Below, piece by piece: positions 54,431 through 64,000 of a stretch of 64,000 nucleotides of DNA (within the stretch, counting starts at the first letter, position 1; every line of letters begins with the position of its first letter). A program made the position numbers and the translations under genes. The notes under the pieces are model-generated. The model saw nothing but the letters and a program-made list of their open reading frames with translations, made no database searches and was not told the DNA's origin. The DNA is from Octopus sinensis. Taxonomy: Eukaryota. The stretch is taken from positions 83,266,001 to 83,330,000 of the forward strand of contig NC_043006.1 of NCBI RefSeq assembly GCF_006345805.1, given 5' to 3'.

Positions 54431-54606
54431 TTTAGCTGGTCCCTCAACCCTTTTATCAACCCTATTATCTCCCCTTATTTCGCTCTCGCGTCTCATGTTT
54501 GATCTTTGACCTCTGGCCGAAATCAGATCGCCATGTTGATTCGTTAGCTACTGCACGCATTTTTTTTTCTCTCCTTCTTTCTGTGTTTTTCTCTCTCTCT
54601 GTGTAC

Positions 54607-54642
54607 CTTTCTGTTGAAGAGCGTAGGCTCGAAACGTTAAAG
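54607..54642 (+). ncRNA. Candidate minimal type I hammerhead ribozyme with A6U core
   Basis: CUUU (stem I), CUGUUGA, A, GAG-CGUAGG-CUC (stem II), GAAAC, GUU, AAAG (stem I partner). The ACGU palindrome would allow a dimeric stem III. Confidence 0.65.
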
Positions 54643-54809
54643 ACTTGTTTTATTTATATTTCCTGAGCGCCATACTAATACAATTGTTCGTTTGTTTTCC
54701 ACCTGCCTTCGTCTTTTGTTTATTTTCATAAAGCTTCCCGTTATATATACATGTATATATGTATATATACATGTATATATGTATATATACATATATATAT
54801 GTATATATA

Positions 54810-55138
54810 TTCTTTGTAAGCCTAGTACTTATTCTATCGGTCTCTTTTGCCGAACCGCTAAGTTACGGGGTCGTAAACACAGCAGCATCGGTTGTCAAGC
54901 GATGTTGGGGAGGGGGGACAAACATAGACACACAAACATATACACACACATACATATATATATATACATATATACGACAGGCTTCTTTCAGTTTCCGTCT
55001 ACCAAATCCACTCACAAACCTTTGGTGGGCCCGACGCTATAGTAGAAGACATTTGCCCAAGGTGCCTCGCAGTGGGACTGAACCTGGGACAGTGTGGTTC
55101 GTAAACAAACTACTTACCACGCAGCCACTCCTACGCCT
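54810..55138 (-). mobile_element. SINE family B nested in an older plus-strand SINE B (52493-52586 and 55225-55432)
   Basis: Reverse complement of the family consensus; the flanking halves are in plus orientation. Confidence 0.85.
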
Positions 55139-55180
55139 ATATATATATATACATACATACATATACATATATGCCTGTGT

Positions 55181-55229
<49 letters not shown>

Positions 55230-55815
55230 TGTGTTTGGCTCCCACCATTGCTTGACGACAGGTGATAGTTTGTTCACGTTCGCACAACTTAGCGGTTCGA
55301 AAAAAGAGAAAGTTATAAGTTCCAGCTTGAAAAAAAAAAATGTCCTGGGATCGCTTCGTTCGACGACGAATCTTTTCAGGCGGTGCTCCAGCATGGCTAC
55401 AGTCCAGTGAATAAAACAAGTAAAAGATAAAGAATCTACCTAGCTATCTCTTTCTCTGTTCTTTTTTCTGGTTATCTATTTAACTAGCTAACAGTTTGTC
55501 TACTTAGTTACCTATCTATTTTATCTACCTGCGTTCTACCTGTTTATCCCTTCAGCTATCTGTCTGTCTGTCACTAATACCTATCTATTTACCTCATCAT
55601 CTCGTCGCATCTACCTATCGTCTATACTTGAATATCCATCTGTATAACTCTGCTTCTTTCTGCTTACCAAACTACATCGCATACCTATTGATACTTGTAT
55701 CGAGTTACCTGTCTATCTGCCTACATACCTATGTAACTCGCTCACTCACTGACGACCTACCTGCTTACCTGGCTATCTATATATTTAAATAATCATTCAA
55801 TATATACATACACAC

Positions 55816-55893
<78 letters not shown>

Positions 55894-56104
55894 GTGAGTG
55901 CGTATGTGCGCGCGCATACTTGTGTATGTATGTAAATTAGAGAGTGAGGGTGTGTATGGGGGGGGGGGATGTACCCATCAGCGTGATGACAATAGTTGTT
56001 ACACTGTTGCAATGACAGGTATTTTTCTATCGTTGTAACCATCTCCCTTTCGTTCTCCGTTCATCTATCTGGCCATCAACCTACCTGTCCATCTTGACAC
56101 CCCG

Positions 56105-56135
<31 letters not shown>

Positions 56136-56239
56136 TATAAATATACGAATATCCCATCTGGTTGCTATCTATTTCCATCCGTCATCTCATGATTCTTCAC
56201 TTCTTTATTTACATCTATATTTCCTTCTTTAAATTATTA

Positions 56240-56277
<38 letters not shown>

Positions 56278-57576
56278 AAATATAAAAATAAAAGAAATCA
56301 TTATTAATATTATTACTATTATTATTATTATTCATTCTCAAACTATCTCCAAAATTCACATCCTGGAATGTCTGCACTTTTTTTTAACTTCACGAAGCTC
56401 ATCTGTCTCTCCCTTTCTCTCTCCCTCTCTCTCCCTCTCCCCTCTCTCTCTCTCTCTCTCCCTCTCCCCTCTCTCTCTCTTTCTCTCTCTCAGAGTATGT
56501 ATCTATCAACTACTTTGTTATTACTATTTCATTATCACAAACATTCTATATCTTACTCTCTTTGCCCCCTCTCTCTTTCTCTCTTTCGGTTTTTTCACAC
56601 GCGCACATATACACTATTTATCTATCTCTTAATCTTACCCTCTCACTCTTTCTTTCTTCCACTTCATCCCAAGACTTCATCAAACCATCGTAGCTATGCT
56701 TAAAGCTGTTTCGTTACCAGCCACCAGGCACTACCAGCCACATAGCCCAGCAACGTAAAGGGAGGCCCACCTAACCCCACCCAACGAAAGAAAGAAATGT
56801 GGTATGTGGCAGCAACCGGCAAAGCACAACCTATCCATCCATCTATCTATCTATCTCTTTCAGCTACCTTCTTCATCCATCCATCCATCCATCTATCCAA
56901 CACTTGCCTGTTGAACGGGAGCAGGCCGCCTGTTTGCCTGTCTGCCAGCCTGACAGCTAGCACTCCCCCTTCTAACCACTCCTTACCTTTCGCTTCACCT
57001 ATCTGTTCGTCTGTTCGTCAGTCCGACTAACTACCAGCATCTCCTGGCAGACTGTCTGTCTGTCGGTATGTATGTCTATCTGTCTGTCTATCTATCAGTT
57101 AGGCAGTCTGTCTGTCTGTTAGTCTGACTGCCCAAGTTCGTCTAAAAATATTAGTTTATATATCATTACATGCAGTGTGCTTTAATGTGTGTGAATGAGT
57201 GAGAACTAAGAAACGAACGAAGGAGCGAGCGAGCGAGCGAACGAACGAAAGAACGAGCGAAAAGTCCTCCAAATCCGCTACTACTGCTATGAAGAACAAC
57301 AAAAACAAAAACCAGAGAAACTGTTTAGAAAAACAACAACGAAACGAAAGGGAAAATATAAACGAAAAGAGAATAGAATACGAGAAAACGCGACGGCATT
57401 TTAATGTTTGCATGATATCTTCCCTAAAACAAGACTTTTTGTATTATTCACATCTTCCTCACAGCTTCCCTTGTTATTTTTCTCCTTCTTCTTCTTCTGC
57501 CTTACCCGCTTCGCGAAAGATTGACAGATTGAAAGAAAGGGAGAGATAGGGAACAAACGTGAGAGATAGAGTGCGT

Positions 57577-57615
<39 letters not shown>

Positions 57616-58286
57616 CGAAAGAGGAAGACACACTGAACATGATGCAAAAGAAAACACACATTTAGAAAGAGAGACAGGAAAATGGAGTAAAATATATATT
57701 TGAGAGAGACAGAGATTGAAAGAAATAGACAGAAAGAAAAGGCCTTCGTGTTTGTCCATTTTTTTCTTTCTTTCTTCTCTCTGTTTACACACGTTTCTGA
57801 GATGTGGTCACTGGCTTGATTTGGTCCCTGTGCATCTATCTCTCTCACTCTGTATTATATTATATCATATTACAATTATTACAATTATTGTTACCAAACA
57901 GAAAAAAAAAATCAATCGAAATGGATCTATATTTTCGGATAATGTTATAAAAAGACATACCACAAACAAAAATATACACAGAAAATAAAGGAAGCTAACT
58001 GCTGACTTCTTGACACTCACAGAAAACGAAAATAAACACAAGAATATTCGCACGAATATTCAAAGTATTCAATGACATAAGTAATAAAAAAAGACAGACC
58101 GATCGGTCAGCGGTTTATTTGGCGATTTCTCTCTTATAATTCCGTGAACCAAACACAAAATGACTTCATATTTACGGTCGTATCCCTCCGTAGATTTAAC
58201 ATCGGCTGGTTTATCTTATGTAAGTATTACAAAACTTATATTGTCTTTCGTTCTGTTATACATACATACATACATACATACATACA

Positions 58287-58318
<32 letters not shown>

Positions 58319-58329
58319 CATACATACAT

Positions 58330-58387
<58 letters not shown>

Positions 58388-58388
58388 C

Positions 58389-58443
<55 letters not shown>

Positions 58444-58632
58444 TTGTATATATATAAAACCATATATCTGTCGTATTTGTTTCTATTGTTTTGTTTCTCG
58501 TAACATATGTAGAAGTATGTGGGTGATGAGGTGGGGGTATTATTGTACAAGTATTATGTGTGTGTGTGTGCATACACAGAGGCTGGAGTAAAAGATGATG
58601 ATGACGATGATGATGATGATGATGATGATGAG

Positions 58633-58663
<31 letters not shown>

Positions 58664-58852
58664 ATGGTCTTGGTGGATGGTGATGATGGTGATGATAAAG
58701 TACAATAATATCGCAAAATATAAGAACGGTTTAAATGTTATGTCAATAACTAGTGTTGTGTTGAGGCGAGGTGTGGTTTGGCATGGATGGTACGGCGTGG
58801 TGAATCGCTTTCGAGTTATTTGGATGGACATGTTCGCAACCACGCAGGCATA

Positions 58853-58901
<49 letters not shown>

Positions 58902-58907
58902 TTAAAC

Positions 58908-58951
<44 letters not shown>

Positions 58952-58956
58952 GTAGG

Positions 58957-59035
<79 letters not shown>

Positions 59036-59618
59036 GTAGGTAGGTGTGTAAGTATATGTATACGCTCACACACACATATGTATATATATATATGTATATA
59101 CATATACTCACAAACATACATATGGCTAAGTTGTGCGTGTGCGTATGTGCGTGCGCCTGCATGTGCATCCGTGTGTGCAGTACATGTGTGTGATTTTCAT
59201 ATTCTTGTAGAAACGAAAAAAACAAATCATAGACAGACTAAAACAACTATATAAACAAACAAAACAAAGAAGGAAGAAAGTGCTAGGAATGAGCGAAGAG
59301 AGAACTGATGGACAGAGAAAGATAGAGAGAAAGAAAGAGAGAGAGAGAGAGACGGACGAAATATAAATGTGAAAGTGTTGCTCATAGAGCGGGGTACTCC
59401 GCTGAGATTCTAATTGTGTACAGTTGTACATCACTAAATACAGTTAAACGGTGGAAGGATGCGATTTAGCGGAGATTTGTTGCTGTTTCTAATACGTACA
59501 GCCACCGTGGCAAGGTCTCCGGGTCATGCAAATAAGATTTTGGTCACAGTTCTTCCGCAGGATCAGGGATGAGTGTGGATTTAAACAACAAAGTAAACAG
59601 TTAATACAGCCACATACC

Positions 59619-59708
<90 letters not shown>

Positions 59709-60030
59709 GGCCGAGGTTAACGTGGTCTTTTTCGTAGGCTTTTCTTCCCACGGATAAACCTTATCTGCTCCCCCTTTACACCGTACATCATGACACTGTG
59801 ATACACGATCCCTATTGATCGTTTTTTTTTCTCTTCCCCTTTTTTCCTCTTTTTTCTTCTTTTTTCCTTTCTTTTGTTTCTTTTCCATTTTTTTTCTTTT
59901 TTTCTTTTTCCCTTTTACGATCCCTTTTGATCGAAAAACTACGCCACTTTTTTTTTCATCTCCCAAAAGAAAAGCTCTACCTTGTAATTTGTCCCATCTG
60001 TGTGCAGCCCTGTGTGGCCAATAAAGAAAC
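59709..60030 (+). mobile_element. LINE 3' UTR fragment inserted within (TATC)n
   Basis: Flanked on both sides by (TATC)n; T-rich UTR ending ccttgtaatttgtcccatctgtgtgcagccctgtgtggccaataaagaaac. Confidence 0.75.
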
Positions 60031-60031
60031 T

Positions 60032-60098
<67 letters not shown>

Positions 60099-60147
60099 GT
60101 CTGTCTGTCTGTCTGTCCTGTCTGTCTATCTATCTATCTATAAGTAT

Positions 60148-60198
<51 letters not shown>

Positions 60199-60211
60199 TA
60201 TAATATATATA

Positions 60212-60306
<95 letters not shown>

Positions 60307-60330
60307 TGTATTTATGTATTATGTATGTAT

Positions 60331-60451
60331 AAAAATACAAGATGAGACAAGAACGCAAAACATTCAGAAGAGGATACAAAAAACACGGACGGGTCATTCG
60401 AAGCCTTCAATCATCAGTCAAGAACCGGATCATCCTCGCAATTTCGGCTGA
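60331..60451 (-). mobile_element. ~125-bp TA-embedded element (family P2) containing CTGATGA
   Basis: Reverse complement aligns end to end with 12440-12568. Confidence 0.7.
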
Positions 60452-60639
60452 TATATATATATATATATATTTACACACGCATGTATTTATGCATGTATGA
60501 TGGTATTCTCTCGTGGTCCGAGAAGGACGGTTCTGTAATCTCTTGCTGAACAATCTTGAAAGATGATTTGTTTACAGTGATCAAATGTATGTGCTGTAGA
60601 TTAGTTCTCTCCCTCCATCAAATCGACTTTGCATGAACC

Positions 60640-60797
60640 GGTACACGGCATGCAGCGCACCAGGCGGTGAAGTGACCACGGAGCAACGTGGGATGAGGTG
60701 CTTTGCTCCAGGACAATACGCACTACTCGATTCAGGAACTGAAACCACGGTCCCGCGATTGTGAGTGCAACACCATAACCACCAGCCCATGTACCCT
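60640..60797 (-). mobile_element. Diverged tRNA-SINE related to family C
   Basis: Minus strand: GGTGGTTATGGTGTTGCACTCACAATCG...GGTTTCAGTTCCTG...GAGCAAAGCACCTCATCCCACGTTGCTCC. Confidence 0.6.
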
Positions 60798-61699
60798 CAT
60801 ACACACGTATACACACACACACACACACACATGCACACACACATGTACACGCGCACGCACATACATACATACACACCAGCATATGCTCATATACATATAT
60901 ATGTATATATTTATATACATTCATACAACACACACACATATATATACATGTGTATAAGTATATATATATATATATATACATACATACACATACACATATA
61001 CATATATAAATGTATATATATATGGCGACTGAAGAAGGGGTTTTTTCCTTGTGTTATTTGTCCTGTACTCTATTTTTTTTTGTTGTTTAAGAAAAATGTC
61101 CAGTTCCTTGGGTTTGTGTCTATGTTTTCGTTTCTCATTGTGTTTGACGTTTTTTTGGTGTCCTGTACTCATATATGCGTGTATATATACATGTAGAGGT
61201 AGGTATGTACATATATGTATATGTCTTATTTATTAATATATATATATATATGAATACTAATATACACATTCACACAGACACACGTGCACATACATACATA
61301 CATGTGGAATTCACACGGAAATGTCTTTGTAGAAATATTCTGAATGAAATCTTGCTTGACCGTTTTAATGTTATGTGCGCCTACAGACAGAAATACGACA
61401 TAGGCTAGTCGGAAATATTCTATCTAATACTCTGTTATAATTAATTACTTTCCTCCTTTCCCTTATCTGTCGTCTGTAAGCTATGACTGTGGCGTTTGCG
61501 ATACCGAAATATCAACTGTTGACTATATTTACGTCTAAATAATCTGTAAAAAGCCCTTCATTGGTCAATGTTCTTCATATTGCGTTTGAAAACAAAGACG
61601 GTCATGGCTGGAACGGATTTAATGGTAGATCTGTTTGGACAGGCGTATCTAGAGACTTGACAATGATAACATACACATACACACACACAAACACGGGTA

Positions 61700-61732
<33 letters not shown>

Positions 61733-61789
61733 ATACAAACATGTACATATATACACTGAAGTTTCTGAGAGAGATTAAAAAAGAAACAC

Positions 61790-62195
61790 AGAGAGGGAGA
61801 AACAGTGTGTGTGCGTGAGTGTGTGTGTATGTGGGAAGGGGTGAGTCGCAGAGAGAGAGGGGGAAATATATGTGTGTGTGAGTGAGTGTGTGAGTCGCAA
61901 AGGGAGAAAGGGAATATATGTGTGTGTATGAGTGTATGTGTATGTGTGTGTGCGAGAGTGTGTGTGTGAGAGAGAGTGTGTGTGCGTGTATGTATGTGTG
62001 TGAGTCGCAGAGAATGAAGGGGAAATATATGTGCGTGTGTGTGTGTCACAGAGAGAGAAGGGGAAATATATGTGTGTGTGAGTGAGTGTGTGTGTGTGTG
62101 AGTGTGTGTGAGAGAGTGTGAGTGTGTGTGTGTAGTGAGTGTTTGTGTGTGAGTGTGTGTGTGTGTAAGTCGCAGAGAGAGAAGAGGAAATATGT
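61790..62195. repeat. Compound minisatellite, about 5-6 variable-length units
   Basis: gagtcgcagagagagaagggaaatatatgtgtg-like blocks separated by variable TG/TGAG tracts. Confidence 0.8.
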
Positions 62196-63034
62196 GAGTG
62201 TGTGTGTGTACGTGTGTGTGAGTGTGTGTGTGAGTGTGTGTGCGTGAGTGTGTGTGTGTGAGTGTGTGTGTGTGAGTGTGTGTTAGTGTGTGTGTGTGTC
62301 TAGGTGAATGTATGTGTGTGGATGGTGTGAAAGATAGAAGGATTGTAGAGGTCGAGTGAGAGACGGACGAGAGAACTGGTAGATGGGCAGATGAATGTAT
62401 GAGTGGTTGTTGTTGTGGTGGTGGTGGTGGTGGTGGTAGTGGTGGTGGTGGTTGTTGTTGTTGCTGTTTAACACCAGGTCAGTCGTGATGAAGCAGACCT
62501 GTGATCGAAAACATTGCAGACATATCGCATCCAAATATATACACATCATCTGTTTTCACCCTTGTTTTAAAACGGTAGAGGGAAAAATTTGCTGAAAATT
62601 TAACTGTTATTTCTAACATGTCGAATGACCAGTTAGAGGCGTTTCTTGATTGCTCGTGCGATTGGATGTAGAGAAGAGAGAGCGGGGAAGGGTGGAGGGA
62701 GGGAAGGCGAGAGGGTCAAGTGGTATTGTACTACAATATCACTTCAGTGACTATGTGTTCAAAATCCTTTTAAGTATTTGGTTATATTTCTGGACAGGAC
62801 ATTGTATTCTATATAATCGAAGTATGTTACCCCTAGTTACCGATAATGCTAATCTAGAATTGCTGGGGTGTCAGCATTCAATAGATCTCATCATTGATTG
62901 ATAGATGACTCCGATCACTAACTGACACGATATACATGCACACAAACACACATGCATACACACACACACATGCACACAAACACAAACATACACACACATG
63001 CACACACACACACACGTACGCACACACACACACA

Positions 63035-63290
63035 CTTTTGAGTGGTTTTGGTCGATGGAAACTGAAAGAAGCCCGTTATAAATATATATATATATAAAAT
63101 GTGCGTTTGTGTGTGTATGTGTGTGTGCGTGCAAGCTTGTGTTTGTCCCCCACTACTGCTTGACGACCGATGCTGGTTTGTTTACGTTCACGTTACCAAG
63201 CGGTTCGGTAAAAATACTGCGGCCAGTTTGCTCGACTGACCCGTTCAGGGTGTTGCCACAGCATGGCCGCAGTCTAATGACTGAAACTGA
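63035..63290 (+). mobile_element. SINE family B, 5'-truncated
   Basis: Contains ggaaactgaaagaagcccg...gcatggccgcagtctaatgactgaaac. Confidence 0.8.
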
Positions 63291-63324
63291 ATATTTATAT
63301 ATATATATATATATATATATAAAT

Positions 63325-63452
63325 TTCAAGGGACCTATTTTTACTTGCTGAGTCAGGGCAGTGTCTATCACTTTGGCAAACTCTCCAAGACCTGTGCGTT
63401 TGATACCGTTAATGTTCTGTTTAAACTCTTGCAGATCCACATCTGCAGGAAT
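63325..63452 (-). pseudogene. Probable LINE ORF1 (gag-like, I/Nimb-type) fragment
   Basis: IPADVDLQEFKQNINGIKRTGLGEFAKVIDTALTQQVKIGPLKF resembles the ORF1 segment GIP.D....E...LP..VKIG.L.F that precedes zinc knuckles. A host exon is not excluded. Confidence 0.45.
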
Positions 63453-63639
63453 CTTTTCTACTCTAGACACAAGGCCCCCTTCGTGTGTACGTAAAAGTTC
63501 GTTTTGCAATCATCGCACTTTGAGTAAGTTCTACTCAAGCCTTTTGAATTAAACAACGCAGAGAATAATTTGTGCTAGTCTATCTAGTTTTGTCACGTAT
63601 TGCGGTATTATAAATTCGCTTAGCTTTATTCCTAAGCTC

Positions 63640-63766
63640 ATAGTTCCAGGTTCAGTCCCACTGCATGGCACCTTGGGCAACTGTCTTCTAGTGTAGCCTC
63701 AGGCCGAGCAAAGCATTGTGAGCGGATTTGGTAGACGGCTTTCTATGTATGCAAATATCTGTGTGT

Positions 63767-63829
<63 letters not shown>

Positions 63830-64000
63830 CTTTGTGCCTCTTCACCACCCCACCCCACCTCACCGCTTGACAACTGGTGTTGGTGTGCGTATGTCCTCGT
63901 CATTTAGAGGCTCGGCAAAAGAAATAAGTCCTGGGATTGATTTGTTCGACGAAAACCCATCAAGGCGGTGCTCCAGTATGGCCGCAGTGCAGGCAAACGA
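63640..64000 (+). mobile_element. SINE family B
   Basis: Runs from gttcagtcccactgcatggcaccttgggcaa to ggcggtgctccagtatggccgcag. Confidence 0.85.

Larger units (their letters stand above)
52648..54741 (+). mobile_element. 5'-truncated Penelope-like retroelement (Neptune-like Cys-rich linker)
   Basis: RT and GIY-YIG coding region, C/T-rich tract, three ~120-bp UTR repeats and a hammerhead-bearing terminus. Both ends lie in TA/CATA microsatellite. Confidence 0.9.

Noticed and set aside
56700-58200. Possible promoter or 5' UTR (GAGC/GAAC repeats, AG tracts)
   Set aside because: No downstream coding exon or core promoter element could be identified.

Overview
AT-rich animal genomic DNA, most likely Octopus (inferred from the extreme TA/CA/GATA/TAA microsatellite density and from tRNA-derived SINE families resembling octopus SINEs). 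No host gene can be supported, and almost all ORFs in the track are microsatellite translations. The recognisable coding sequence is all transposon-derived: a 5'-truncated, frameshifted Penelope-like element (RT plus GIY-YIG, 52648-54741), a second Penelope GIY-YIG tail, an L1/Tx1 zinc-finger C-terminus, an R4/Dong endonuclease end, RTE 3' ends, a mariner remnant and a probable LINE ORF1 fragment. Four tRNA-SINE families (labelled A-D here), a hAT-Charlie MITE and a bipartite RTE-derived element are also present. The notable observations are: (1) the Penelope terminus and four solo copies carry a minimal type I hammerhead-like motif with a fixed non-canonical core CUGUNGA (A6U), in which position 7 varies freely; (2) SINE A has a 3' tail shared with an L1/Tx1 LINE and repeatedly sits inside other SINE A copies at one site; (3) a related LINE end lies within (GATA)n arrays; (4) several inverted repeats next to microsatellites, including a perfect 240-bp palindrome; (5) a 67-bp inverted templated insertion; (6) an 83-bp flanking duplication. 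All alignments were made by eye.
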